Shown here in pieces: positions 1-9,806 of a DNA stretch of 64,000 nt. Source of the DNA: Aquificaceae bacterium. Lineage in GTDB: Bacteria; Aquificota; Aquificia; Aquificales; Aquificaceae. Location: positions 96,001 to 160,000 of the forward strand of contig JBEPZX010000001.1 of the NCBI GenBank assembly GCA_041640635.1, read 5' to 3'. The notes beneath the pieces were generated by a model. It ran no database searches, was not told the origin of the DNA, and saw nothing but the letters and a program-made list of their open reading frames with translations. Each line of letters starts with the position of its first letter. The stretch's first letter is position 1. A program made the position numbers and the translations under genes.

Positions 1-165
1 TGCTCCTTTTTTACCACCGTACTCTGTAGCTTTTTTAATTATTTTATCGATACCAAGCTTCGAAAGTTTATGCAGATCTTTGTATCCGTCGATGAGTGCA
101 GCACGATGTATTAATACAGACTCCCTTTCTATGGCTTCTGCAAGAATTCTAAGTTTATCGCTCAT
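1..165 (-). CDS. Partial CDS running off the window start, function unknown (MSDKLRILAEAIERESVLIHRAALIDGYKDLH...)
   Basis: Open frame from ATG at 165 (alternative in-frame ATG at 174) to base 1; ATGA overlap with the stop of the upstream DUF59 gene. Confidence 0.7.
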   Translation of the reverse strand, partial: MSDKLRILAEAIERESVLIHRAALIDGYKDLHKLSKLGIDKIIKKATEYGGKKGA

Positions 166-473
166 AGATTCCATCCCATACTCCTTAATTTTTCCTTTCC
201 TTCTTCAGATATTTTATCCTTATTCCATGGTGGCTCAAACACAAAGTTTACCACTACATCTTTTAGATGAGGAAAGCTATCTAAAATGTACTGTTTGATA
301 TGTTGTGCAAAATAGTTTTTAGCAGGGCACCCCTGGACAGTAAGCGTCATATCTATGTAAGCTATATCATCCCTAACTAATACACCATATATCAATCCTA
401 AGTTAACTATATCCAGTGGTATCTCTGGATCTCTTACTCCTTTAAGTTTTTCTAATATATCAAGCTCTATCAT
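162..473 (-). CDS. DUF59 / SufT-like Fe-S cluster assembly protein
   Basis: DPEIPLDIVNLGLIY, TLTVQGCP and PPW motifs. Confidence 0.88.
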   Translation of the reverse strand: MIELDILEKLKGVRDPEIPLDIVNLGLIYGVLVRDDIAYIDMTLTVQGCPAKNYFAQHIKQYILDSFPHLKDVVVNFVFEPPWNKDKISEEGKEKLRSMGWNL

Positions 474-492
474 AGTTGTATAAAAATATAAC

Positions 493-1482
493 TCATAAAT
501 CCCCTTTTAGCTGATTTTGTTTTAGTTCCCACTTCCATGCAGTTTCTACGATGATATCTAAGCTATTGTATTGAGGAACCCATCCAAAAAGTTGTCTAAT
601 CTTTGTGTTACCAGATACTAAGTTTGGTGGATCTCCTTCTCTTCTTGGGGAATGTCTTACCTCAAAGTTTACTTTCGTAACTTCTTTAACTTTTCTTATA
701 ACTTCTAAAACAGAATAACCGTGACCATAGCCTACATTTAGTATTTCACTTTTACCACCTTTTATTAAATAATCCAGCGCATCTGTGTGAGCTTTAGCTA
801 AATCCATTACGTGTATATAGTCTCGGATACATGTTCCATCATGTGTTGGGTAATCAGTTCCGTAAATTTCCAAATAGGGAAACTCTCCTTTTGCTGTTTT
901 TACTGCTCTTAATATTAAGTGAGTTGGGTTTTTGCTAACCTGACCTATTTTTAAGTCTGGATCTGCTCCTGCCACATTAAAGTATCTTAGGATTATGTAC
1001 TGAAAACCTTTTGCGTTTGCTTGATCCATTATTATTCTTTCCGAAAAGAGCTTGCTCCATCCGTATGGATTTATTGGTACAGTTGGGTCTTCCTCCTTTA
1101 CTGGAACCTTCTGAGGAATTCCATAAACAGCAGCTGTTGAGGAAAATATGATGTAGTTAATCCCTAATTCCTCCATGGCTTTTAAAAGGTTTAGAGTACC
1201 CATGGTGTTGTTTTCGTAATACATCAAAGGTTCTTTAACGCTTTCTGGAACTACCACTTTTGCAGCAAAGTGCATAACGGCATCTGGTTGAAACTCTTTC
1301 ATAGCCTTCTTTAGGCTTTCATAGTCCAGCATATCTCCAACTACGAGCTTCCCATACAGGACTGCCCACGGATTACCGGTGGATAGGTTATCGTAGGTTA
1401 AAACTTGGTGCCCTAACTCTCCCAAAAGTTTTACAACATGAGAACCTACGTACCCTGCTCCTCCGGTTACAAATATACGCAT
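493..1482 (-). CDS. galE: UDP-glucose 4-epimerase
   Basis: TGGAGYVG, SSTAAVYG, YGWSK, LRYFN, DGTCIRDYIHV. Confidence 0.95.
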   Translation of the reverse strand: MRIFVTGGAGYVGSHVVKLLGELGHQVLTYDNLSTGNPWAVLYGKLVVGDMLDYESLKKAMKEFQPDAVMHFAAKVVVPESVKEPLMYYENNTMGTLNLLKAMEELGINYIIFSSTAAVYGIPQKVPVKEEDPTVPINPYGWSKLFSERIIMDQANAKGFQYIILRYFNVAGADPDLKIGQVSKNPTHLILRAVKTAKGEFPYLEIYGTDYPTHDGTCIRDYIHVMDLAKAHTDALDYLIKGGKSEILNVGYGHGYSVLEVIRKVKEVTKVNFEVRHSPRREGDPPNLVSGNTKIRQLFGWVPQYNSLDIIVETAWKWELKQNQLKGDL

Positions 1483-1507
1483 GCAAGTATTATATATAGC
1501 TTTTTAC

Positions 1508-1580
1508 TCGGGGTGAGGGGACTCGAACCCCTGACCTTCGGCTCCCGAAGCCGACGCTCTACCACCTGAGCCACACCCCG
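1508..1580 (-). tRNA. tRNA-Pro(CGG), CCA not encoded
   Basis: Cloverleaf CGGGGTG...CACCCCG-A, anticodon arm TCGGC-TTCGGGA-GCCGA, T-loop GTTCGAGT. Confidence 0.95.
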
Positions 1581-1581
1581 T

Positions 1582-2865
1582 CTAGTTTTTACTAAGAAAA
1601 TCCGTTATTTTCTTAGCCCATTTGTTGGCTACGTGCTTTACTTCCTGCATATCTATGGTTTTTAGTTCCCTTTTCTCCATAAGGACTCTTCCCTTGCACA
1701 CGAGGGTGTCTATGTCACAGGATTTAGCCGAGTAAACCACTTGCGATACAGGCTCATACAAAGGTTGCAAGTGCGGTTTGTCCAAGTCTATCAAAATTAT
1801 ATCAGCTTCAAAGCCTTCCTTTATCATACCTGCCTTTATGTTGCATGCTGAGAAACCATTGTAAGTAGCTATTTCCAGAGCTTTTCTTGCATCCATGGCT
1901 TTGGCATCTAAAGATGCACCTTTTTGAAGTTTAACCATTGTGGAGAGTTCCTCCAACATATCGAGGTTATCGTTGGATGCTGGTCCATCTGTGCCTAAGC
2001 ATACGTGTATTCCGTGCTTTATGTAACGGCTTATTGGTGCAATACCTGAGGCTAATTTTAGGTTACTTTCTGGACAGTGAATAACTTTGGTGTTTCTGTG
2101 TTTGATTATTTCAAATTCTTCGTCCGAAAGCCAAACCATGTGAGCGCACAAAACCTTTTCTGACAAAAAGCCAATTGATTCCAAGTGCATTATTGGTGTC
2201 TTGGAGTAGGTTTCTTTTATTCTTTCCACTTCGCCTTTTGATTCTGCTACATGTGTGTGTATTAATACGTTTTCTTCATCAGACAGTTCCTTTACCATCT
2301 TTAGTGTATTTGGTGAACATGTGTAAGGGGCATGAGGGCACAAGACTGGGAAAACCAAGGGATCATTTTTGAAATCTCTTATAAATTCCTTTGCTCTTTG
2401 TATGTACTCCTTTGGAGTTTTTGCCACCTTTGTGGGAAAGTCTAAAATACCAAATCCAAGACCCACCCTAATACCTGCATCCTTTGCTACCTTTGCCACT
2501 TCTTCTTCAAAAAAGTACATATCCATAAGTAAAGAGGTTCCAGATAGTATACTTTCTGCTATTCCAAGGAGCGCTCCATCTCTAACAAACTCCTTAGAAA
2601 CAAACTCGCTCTCTAAAGGCCATATGACTTTTTGTAACCAATCCATCAAGGGAAGATCGCTTCCTAAGCCTCTCAGAAGTGTCATAGAAATGTGTGTGTG
2701 CATATTGGCAAAAGCCGGTAATGCCAATTTACCGTTGGCGTGTATTATCTCTCTTGCATCCTCTTCCATTTGATCTACATAGATAATCTTTCCATCCTTT
2801 ATACCTATGTTACTACGCTTACCCGTATCAAATATCAGCGCATCCTTTATCAGCAGATCTAACAT
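1582..2865 (-). CDS. mtaD: Amidohydrolase, 5-methylthioadenosine/S-adenosylhomocysteine deaminase family
   Basis: HTH metal motif, PHAPYT, HVAE, HCPESNLKLASG, GTDGPASN. Confidence 0.85.
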   Translation of the reverse strand: MLDLLIKDALIFDTGKRSNIGIKDGKIIYVDQMEEDAREIIHANGKLALPAFANMHTHISMTLLRGLGSDLPLMDWLQKVIWPLESEFVSKEFVRDGALLGIAESILSGTSLLMDMYFFEEEVAKVAKDAGIRVGLGFGILDFPTKVAKTPKEYIQRAKEFIRDFKNDPLVFPVLCPHAPYTCSPNTLKMVKELSDEENVLIHTHVAESKGEVERIKETYSKTPIMHLESIGFLSEKVLCAHMVWLSDEEFEIIKHRNTKVIHCPESNLKLASGIAPISRYIKHGIHVCLGTDGPASNDNLDMLEELSTMVKLQKGASLDAKAMDARKALEIATYNGFSACNIKAGMIKEGFEADIILIDLDKPHLQPLYEPVSQVVYSAKSCDIDTLVCKGRVLMEKRELKTIDMQEVKHVANKWAKKITDFLSKN

Positions 2866-2885
2866 AGGTTTATATTATAAAGTTT

Positions 2886-3584
2886 ATGGTAGTAGAAGAA
2901 ATACTAAAGCTTCAAGAAAAGGAACAGAGAATATACAATTTGGAAAAAACATTGAAAGTTTTAGAAAAAAGTAAGCAAGAAATTCTGCTTAATATTGATG
3001 CTATAGATCAAGCAGAACAAAAATTAAAATCTCAAATACAGTATTTAGAGAAGCACATAAAAGGGCTAGAGGAAAATATACAAATATGTAAAGAAAAAAT
3101 TAAAAAAGCAGAAAGAAACCTTGCTTTGGTTAAGAGAGCTGATGATTACAAGAAAGTATTAAGAGAAAAAGCAAACAATGAAAACTGTGTTATAAAGCTT
3201 TCCAATCAGCTCCAAGAAGCAAAAAAAAACAAGGAGACTCTAAGAAAACAATTGGAAAACTATTCGATGGAAGTACAGAAGAAACGACAGCATCTTACCC
3301 TTGAACTTCAGGAAATAAATGCTGATACAGATAGGATACAGAAAGAACTTAAAGAAACCTACCAAGAAGTGCAGAGGTTAAAGGAAAGTATGGATAAAAA
3401 TGTTTTATCCGAATACGAAAAACTGAAAGCTCAAATGGGACTTCCAGTAATGGTGAAGGTTGATGCCTTTAGAGCTTGTGGTGGGTGTGGCATGGTTCTC
3501 CCTTCTTCTTTATACTTAAACTTAATAGCAGGTAAGGTAATTAAATGCCCCAGCTGTAAACGGTTAGTCTATTATGAAGCTTGA
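2886..3584 (+). CDS. Coiled-coil protein with C-terminal C4 zinc ribbon (DUF164/CT398-like)
   Basis: Long coiled coil followed by CGGC...CPSC. Confidence 0.85.
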   Translation: MVVEEILKLQEKEQRIYNLEKTLKVLEKSKQEILLNIDAIDQAEQKLKSQIQYLEKHIKGLEENIQICKEKIKKAERNLALVKRADDYKKVLREKANNENCVIKLSNQLQEAKKNKETLRKQLENYSMEVQKKRQHLTLELQEINADTDRIQKELKETYQEVQRLKESMDKNVLSEYEKLKAQMGLPVMVKVDAFRACGGCGMVLPSSLYLNLIAGKVIKCPSCKRLVYYEA

Positions 3585-4674
3585 TTTAAAGAATTACGAC
3601 TTAAAACTCCTGGTTATATTGTCAATTATTCAAATTGTAAGTTTATTTGCTATCTACAGTGCTACCTATAAATCTGTGCTTAACGTTATGTTTTTTAAGC
3701 ATGTCGTGTACTTATTACTTGGGTGGTTAGTAATTCTGTTCCTTTCCCGTATAAACTATAAATCTTTACATGATATATCCCTTTTCGTATTTATGTTAAA
3801 TTTATTTTTATTAGTACTTGTACCTATAATAGGAAAAACCGTTTACGGAGCAAAGCGGTGGATAGATATAGGACCAATAAATTTACAGCCCTCTGAATTT
3901 ATGAAGTTTTCTCTCATACTCTTTCTTTCTTCTTTCCTGAGCCGCGCTTCAAGACTTCTCAGTAAAGAAACGGGTATTATGCTTTTGGGGCTTTTGATGG
4001 CTAGTGTATTGACACTAAAGCAGCCTGACCTTGGAACTACTATAACTTATTGGGTGATATTTGTGAGCCTGCTATTTTTGTATGGTGTAAGGATAAGGTA
4101 CTTTGTTTTTTCTGCTATAGCTTTTGTGGTGGCTTCCCCCTTCTTGTGGCATTTTTTGAAAGACTACCAAAAAAACCGGATACTTGCTGTAATAGATCCT
4201 TACAAAGATTATCTAGGAAGCGGTTACCAGATAATACAGTCCATGATAGCCATAGGATCTGGTGGTTTAATAGGTAAAGGCTTTCTGAAGGGAACACAGG
4301 TGCATTTGCTTTTCTTACCAGAAAAGCACACAGACTTTATCTTTGCTACTGTAGCGGAAGAGTGGGGCTTTTTTGTTAGCTTTTTGCTGGTTTCCTGTTT
4401 TTTCGGTATTTACTTTTTACTCATAGATTACGCCAGAAAGGTTCAGGACAGAACCGCTAGCCTGATACTGGCAAGCTCTGCGCTTCTCATACTCTTTCAG
4501 TCTTTTACCAACGTAATTATGACCATGGGTATGGCTCCTGTTGTAGGTATACCCTTACCCTTTGTAAGTTACGGAGGAAGCGCAATACTTACCTTTAGCC
4601 TTATCCTAGGAATGTGCTTTTCCATAATAAGAGAATACAAGCTAAGTCCCATAAAGTTTCATCAAAATGATTAA
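3574..4674 (+). CDS. rodA: Rod shape-determining protein RodA (SEDS)
   Basis: GAKRWI, QPSEFMK, QPDLGT, LPEKHTDFIF, PFVSYGGS. Confidence 0.9.
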   Translation: MKLDLKNYDLKLLVILSIIQIVSLFAIYSATYKSVLNVMFFKHVVYLLLGWLVILFLSRINYKSLHDISLFVFMLNLFLLVLVPIIGKTVYGAKRWIDIGPINLQPSEFMKFSLILFLSSFLSRASRLLSKETGIMLLGLLMASVLTLKQPDLGTTITYWVIFVSLLFLYGVRIRYFVFSAIAFVVASPFLWHFLKDYQKNRILAVIDPYKDYLGSGYQIIQSMIAIGSGGLIGKGFLKGTQVHLLFLPEKHTDFIFATVAEEWGFFVSFLLVSCFFGIYFLLIDYARKVQDRTASLILASSALLILFQSFTNVIMTMGMAPVVGIPLPFVSYGGSAILTFSLILGMCFSIIREYKLSPIKFHQND

Positions 4675-5782
4675 AGGACTTTATATCCACATACCTTTTT
4701 GCCATTATAAGTGCCCTTACTGTGATTTTGTCTCCTTTACCAATGACTTTCCCTATGAGCTTTACCTTAAATACATTTTGCAAGAAGCTAATTTATACAA
4801 AGACGTGGATATGGATATAAAAACCATCTACTTGGGTGGTGGAACTCCGTCTATTTTGGATACGAAGCTTTACAGAAGCTTTCTTGCTCAACTATCGAAG
4901 GTGTTTGACACCTCTGGTGTAGAAGAAATTTCCATCGAATGCAATCCAGAGGACTACAGAGAGAATGACTTTAAGGCTTTGTTGGACGTGGGATTTACAA
5001 GAATTAGTATAGGTGTCCAGAGTTTTACAGAAAAAGGTCTTTTAAACTTAGGTAGAAATCACTCTCCAAAGGAATCTATTGAAAGTGTGCACAGTGCATA
5101 CAAGGCTGGCTTTGATAACATAAATGTAGATATCATTTACGGCTATCCTCACCAAACCTTAGAAGATCTAAAGAAAGATTTAGAAATGGTAAGTAGCCTT
5201 CCCGTAAAGCACGTTTCCTTTTATCTTCTCACACCTTACGAGGACACCCTTTTTGGTGAGCTCTTTCAGAAAAAGATGCTGAAAATACCAGAGGAAAAGG
5301 AAATTGAGGAGATGTTTCTTCTTATACACGAAAGTATGGAAGACTTAGGATTTGAGCATTACGAAGTATCCAACTACGCAATAGAAGGCTACCAATGCAA
5401 GCATAACCTCATATACTGGAATCAAGAAGAATTTTTAGGTTTAGGTGTGAGCGCTTGGAGTTTCTATGAAAATTTAAGGTTTGGTAATGTAAGAAACTTA
5501 AGTGTGTATATGGAAACTTTAAGGAAAGGGGAAAAACCTGTAGCTTACGAGGAAAAACTGGAAGGTCTAGAGCTACTAAAAGATTACGTGTTTTTAAAGC
5601 TTAGAACCTCTGAAGGTATTCCTAAGCTGAAGGAAATCCCGTGGGATAAGGTGTTTGAGGAATTGGGTGAGTTTTTGATAGACGAGGGAGAAAGGGTTGC
5701 CTTAAATCCAAAGGGTATGCTTCTTATAAATGAGGTTCTTCTTAGGTTATTCAAACTTATAGAACATCCACATGTGGTTTAA
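4667..5782 (+). CDS. hemW: Radical SAM heme chaperone HemW
   Basis: YIHIPFCxxxCxxC, GGGTPS, HNLIYW (HNxxYW). Confidence 0.88.
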   Translation: MIKGLYIHIPFCHYKCPYCDFVSFTNDFPYELYLKYILQEANLYKDVDMDIKTIYLGGGTPSILDTKLYRSFLAQLSKVFDTSGVEEISIECNPEDYRENDFKALLDVGFTRISIGVQSFTEKGLLNLGRNHSPKESIESVHSAYKAGFDNINVDIIYGYPHQTLEDLKKDLEMVSSLPVKHVSFYLLTPYEDTLFGELFQKKMLKIPEEKEIEEMFLLIHESMEDLGFEHYEVSNYAIEGYQCKHNLIYWNQEEFLGLGVSAWSFYENLRFGNVRNLSVYMETLRKGEKPVAYEEKLEGLELLKDYVFLKLRTSEGIPKLKEIPWDKVFEELGEFLIDEGERVALNPKGMLLINEVLLRLFKLIEHPHVV

Positions 5783-6547
5783 GGGTCCATGCCCTTTTCC
5801 TATTTTGAGGTTGTTCTCTATTGCCTTTTGTATGTAGTCTTTGGCTTTTTTTATGGATGTCTTTAGATCCATTCCCTTTGCAAGGAAAGCGGTAATGGCA
5901 GAGGAGAGTGTGCAACCAGTCCCATGCGTATTTTTTGTCTTAACAAACTCACCTTTAAGATACTCAAAGTTTACACCATCGTAAAAGACATCCACGTTTT
6001 CTCCACTTTCAAGATGCCCGCCTTTTACAAGCACGGCTTTGCATCCAAGAGATAACAGAAATTTACAAGCCTTTTCCATATCCTCAACGGATCTTATTTT
6101 GAAGTTGCACAATCTTTCAGCTTCCGGAATGTTTGGTGTGATTAGAGCGGCTAATGGGATGAGTTTTTCAATAAGTGCTTTTTGCGCTCTCTCCTCTAAG
6201 AGTGGATACCCCGATTTACTGTACATCACCGTATCTACAACCAACTTCTCTATGGAAAAGTCTTTTACGGCTTTTGCCACAAATTCTATGATGTCTTCTC
6301 TATGTAACATACCCGTCTTTACAGCATCCACACCTATGTCTTCCATTACTACTTTTATTTGCTCATAAACCATCTGAGGGGGAACGTCCAGAACACCGTA
6401 AACACCTTGCGTGTTCTGAACGGTGACAGACGTTATAGCAGACATTCCATAAACACCTAAAGCGGTAAAAGTTTTCAAATCGGCTTGAATACCTGCTCCA
6501 CCGCTACTGTCGGATCCAGCTATGGTCAAGGCTCTTGGTATGTGCAT
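5747..6547 (-). CDS. thiD: Hydroxymethylpyrimidine/phosphomethylpyrimidine kinase
   Basis: TIAGSDSSGGAGIQADLKT, HGTGCT. Confidence 0.95.
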   Translation of the reverse strand: MHIPRALTIAGSDSSGGAGIQADLKTFTALGVYGMSAITSVTVQNTQGVYGVLDVPPQMVYEQIKVVMEDIGVDAVKTGMLHREDIIEFVAKAVKDFSIEKLVVDTVMYSKSGYPLLEERAQKALIEKLIPLAALITPNIPEAERLCNFKIRSVEDMEKACKFLLSLGCKAVLVKGGHLESGENVDVFYDGVNFEYLKGEFVKTKNTHGTGCTLSSAITAFLAKGMDLKTSIKKAKDYIQKAIENNLKIGKGHGPLNHMWMFYKFE

Positions 6548-6567
6548 AAAACTATAAGATAATTCCT

Positions 6568-7233
6568 TTAGCTTACTAGTGTAAGGTATTTGGTTTTGTA
6601 GTAATCACAATACTCGGAAATTTTACAAAGGTGACAGTCAGGCTTTATAGGTTTACATATGGTTTGCCCAAAAGCCACAAGTATTTTGTTGTAGTCAAGC
6701 CAATACTCCTTAGGTAAAACCTTTTCCAAGGCTTTTTCCGTTTCCTCAGGTGTTTTCGTTTTAACAAGCCCCCACCTGTTGGATATCCTATGAACGTGCG
6801 TGTCTACACATATAGCTGGTTTTTTGAAAGCATCAGCCAAAACCAAGTTGGCTACCTTTCTACCTACACCAGGCAGTTTTAAGAGGTTTTCCAAAGTATC
6901 CGGGACATTTCCGCTAAATTCTTCCACTACTTTTTGCGCTAAAGCTTTTAGTTGTTTGGCTTTGTTTCTGTAAAAGCCTACAGGATACAAAAGTTCCTCG
7001 AGTTGCTCAACATCTAAAGCCAAAATATCCTCAAAGTTTTTGACTTTGCTCAAAAAATGCTTACACACCTGTGAGGTTGTAGTATCCTTTGTTCGTGTGG
7101 AAAGTAAAGCACAAACTAAAACCTTGAAAGGGTCGTTACTTTTCTGGGCTATCAGACTTACAACGGGTGCGTTCCAGTTTTTGAACTCCTCCTTTAGAAT
7201 TTTCATAACTTCATGTATGTGTTCTCTCTTCAT
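6568..7233 (-). CDS. nth: Endonuclease III (HhH-GPD, 4Fe-4S), paralog 1
   Basis: LPGVGRKVAN, VDTHVHR, C-x6-C-x2-C-x5-C. Confidence 0.9.
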   Translation of the reverse strand: MKREHIHEVMKILKEEFKNWNAPVVSLIAQKSNDPFKVLVCALLSTRTKDTTTSQVCKHFLSKVKNFEDILALDVEQLEELLYPVGFYRNKAKQLKALAQKVVEEFSGNVPDTLENLLKLPGVGRKVANLVLADAFKKPAICVDTHVHRISNRWGLVKTKTPEETEKALEKVLPKEYWLDYNKILVAFGQTICKPIKPDCHLCKISEYCDYYKTKYLTLVS

Positions 7234-7945
7234 CCTCCAGAACCTTTAGTATTTCTTTTTTAATTTCCTCATCAACTTTGTAATTGATATCCTCTATACT
7301 CTCCACACTTACGCAACCTATCAATGAGTTTACAATAAAAGCTCCATCGAAGGCGTCAAGATTTTTTATCTTCTCTTCTCTTATGTCCAACTTTTCGGAA
7401 AGGGAAGCAAGCGTTGTCCCATACAAAAGGCCACATTCTCTGTGGGGTGTGAAGATCTTGGAACCTTTAAAGAAAAGTATATTAGACGAAGAGGTTTCAC
7501 AAACAAGGTCTTGTTCATTTAAAATGAGTGCGTCGTAAAAGCCTCTCTTGATAGCTTCCCTTTTTACCAGTATGTTGAAAAGGTAAGATGTAGTTTTGTA
7601 TTTACAAACGGGGTCTCTGGAGTGCCTTCTACTTTTGCTTATACAGAGTTTTACCTTGCTTGGTGGTTTTGGCAAATCCTTTACTATTACGCTGTAGCTG
7701 TATTGGTTGGGGTAATCGGCAAAGTAAGAGGAACCTTCAAAGGTTAATAAAAACTTAACGTAAACCTTTTTATCCTTTGCTACCTCATTTATAGCATTTA
7801 GAAATTCCTCATAGGATGGATAGGGGTATCCTAAATCTATGCATGAAGATTTTAGTCTTTCGTAATGCCTCTTGAGTTTCCTATTTTCTCCAACCCACTT
7901 TATGGTTTCAAAGAAACCTTCCCCAAAAAGTAAAGACCTATTCAT
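7211..7945 (-). CDS. Class IV aminotransferase family, probable 4-amino-4-deoxychorismate lyase
   Basis: FGEGFFET, YKT (PLP lysine), ETSSSN, LYGT, NSLIG. Confidence 0.75.
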   Translation of the reverse strand: MNRSLLFGEGFFETIKWVGENRKLKRHYERLKSSCIDLGYPYPSYEEFLNAINEVAKDKKVYVKFLLTFEGSSYFADYPNQYSYSVIVKDLPKPPSKVKLCISKSRRHSRDPVCKYKTTSYLFNILVKREAIKRGFYDALILNEQDLVCETSSSNILFFKGSKIFTPHRECGLLYGTTLASLSEKLDIREEKIKNLDAFDGAFIVNSLIGCVSVESIEDINYKVDEEIKKEILKVLEDEERTHT

Positions 7946-8585
7946 ATAGCATGGATCTAAGTTTTACCATCTCATCCAAAGGTAGCTGTCCAGGTGCTAC
8001 AGATTGACCTATATAGGAGTAGGTGATGACAGAGCCAAATGCAAAGGCACATATGCGTGAAAGCTTTCCGTAGCTACCCATGGCTATGAGTATCTTGTCT
8101 CCATCGTCATCTCTTCCAACGCACAAAAGTTTTGCCACATCTTCATAAGAGTTAGCCATTACCGCAAGCTTTACTATATGTGCTCCTAAGCGTCTGGCTT
8201 CTCTGATTATCTCCTTTAGCACCCATTCAGCAGGTGTTATTTGAAAGTTGTGGTAGGAAATGATTAACTTTCTTGCCAAAGGTTTTATTTTTGCAAGTAG
8301 ATCTTTCGAAGATAACTCTATATCTGTGTAGTCACTTATAGGTGCACATTTTGTAAAGATTTTTTCTCTGTTTTCCACAAAGGACCCACCTTCCCTTTCG
8401 GACCTTACCGTAAGTATAGTTTCCAAACCTAGAGAGTGGGCATAGTCTATCAGGTATTGGACTTTTTGAATGCTTCTGTCTTGGAACATATCCACCCTCA
8501 GTTCTACGATGTCAGCACCTTTTTCTTTACAGAGCTTGGTATTCTCCTCAAAGTTTACGTCTGTCAGAGGAACAGCTATTTTCAT
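7938..8585 (-). CDS. aroD: Type I 3-dehydroquinate dehydratase
   Basis: ELRVD, TVRSEREGG, SYHNF, VKLA, APGQ. Confidence 0.93.
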   Translation of the reverse strand: MKIAVPLTDVNFEENTKLCKEKGADIVELRVDMFQDRSIQKVQYLIDYAHSLGLETILTVRSEREGGSFVENREKIFTKCAPISDYTDIELSSKDLLAKIKPLARKLIISYHNFQITPAEWVLKEIIREARRLGAHIVKLAVMANSYEDVAKLLCVGRDDDGDKILIAMGSYGKLSRICAFAFGSVITYSYIGQSVAPGQLPLDEMVKLRSMLYE

Positions 8586-9781
8586 CTTCTGCTGACCCTT
8601 GCGTAAACTTTCAGTGGTAATCCGTAAACCTTGGTAAACATTCCACCCGCTTTGTGGTCGAAACTGTCCTTTTCCGAGTAGGTAGCAAGATCTTCCACGT
8701 ATAGTGAGCGAGGGGAGCTCCTGCCAACAACCTGAACGCTACCTTTATAAAGCTTTAACTTTACCTTCCCTTCCACATCCTGCGCTACTTTTTCCACAAA
8801 GGCATCCAAAGCTTGCTTTAGCTTACTGAACCACAAACCTTCGTAAACAAGCTTTGCATAGTTATGAGGTATGTAATTCAAAAAGTAATGAAAAGTGAAC
8901 CTGTCTGTAACTAAGGAGAGAAGGTCTGAGTAAGCTTGGTATAGAATTGTAGCTGCAGGGGCTTCGTAAACTTCCCTGCTTTTTATTCCTACGAGCCTAT
9001 TCTCTACCATGTCTATTCTTCCTATTGCGTGTTTTCCACCAAGTGCGTTTAGATCCATAATCAATTGACTCAAAAGTTGGTATCTTTTTCCATTGATAGA
9101 TACAGGTTTCCCCTCTTCAAACTCTATCTCTATATACTCAGGTTCCTCTGGAGCTTTTTGGGGCGATACTGTCCATTCAAAAGCGTCCTCTGGTGGTTCT
9201 TGCCACGGATCCTCCAAAGGACCACACTCTATGGAAATACCCCACAGGTTTTTATCTATGGAGTAAGGTTTATCCCTTGTGACTTTAACGGGGATACTGT
9301 GCTTTAGAGCGTAATCCACTTCCTCCTCTCTAGATTTAAACTCCCACTCTCTTACTGGAGCTAAAACTTCCAAATCTGGGTTTAAGCTCCATGCGGAAAG
9401 TTCAAACCTCACTTGGTCGTTCCCTTTTCCGGTAGACCCATGAGCTACGTAGTCAGCGCTAAACTTTTTTGCATACTCTACCAGCTTTTTGGAAATTAAG
9501 GGTCTCGAAAGTGAAGCGCTTAAAGGATACTTTCCTTCATACAGAGCCAAAGCTCTCAATACGGGAAGGCAATATTCCACAGCAAACTCTTCCTTTAGAT
9601 CTTCCACGATAGCCTCAACAGCACCAGATATTGTAGCCTTTTGTGGAATTTCAGAGAGTTCTTCACCCTGTCCCACATCGGCTGTGTAGGTTATAACTTC
9701 AAACCCTCTATCGGTGAGCCACCTAACGATAACCGATGTATCCAAACCACCTGAATATGCAAGTACTACCCTTTTAGCCAT
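8582..9781 (-). CDS. argG: Argininosuccinate synthase
   Basis: LAYSGGLDTS, GKGNDQVRFE, ENRLVGIKSRE. Confidence 0.97.
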   Translation of the reverse strand: MAKRVVLAYSGGLDTSVIVRWLTDRGFEVITYTADVGQGEELSEIPQKATISGAVEAIVEDLKEEFAVEYCLPVLRALALYEGKYPLSASLSRPLISKKLVEYAKKFSADYVAHGSTGKGNDQVRFELSAWSLNPDLEVLAPVREWEFKSREEEVDYALKHSIPVKVTRDKPYSIDKNLWGISIECGPLEDPWQEPPEDAFEWTVSPQKAPEEPEYIEIEFEEGKPVSINGKRYQLLSQLIMDLNALGGKHAIGRIDMVENRLVGIKSREVYEAPAATILYQAYSDLLSLVTDRFTFHYFLNYIPHNYAKLVYEGLWFSKLKQALDAFVEKVAQDVEGKVKLKLYKGSVQVVGRSSPRSLYVEDLATYSEKDSFDHKAGGMFTKVYGLPLKVYARVSRR

Positions 9782-9806
9782 AAAAAAATTATAATCATAA
9801 AGTATT

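Noticed and set aside
1483..1581. tRNA-Pro (and tRNA-Arg at 37738-37811) as integration sites
   Set aside because: No integrase, no duplicated tRNA 3' end seen, and the flanks are housekeeping genes
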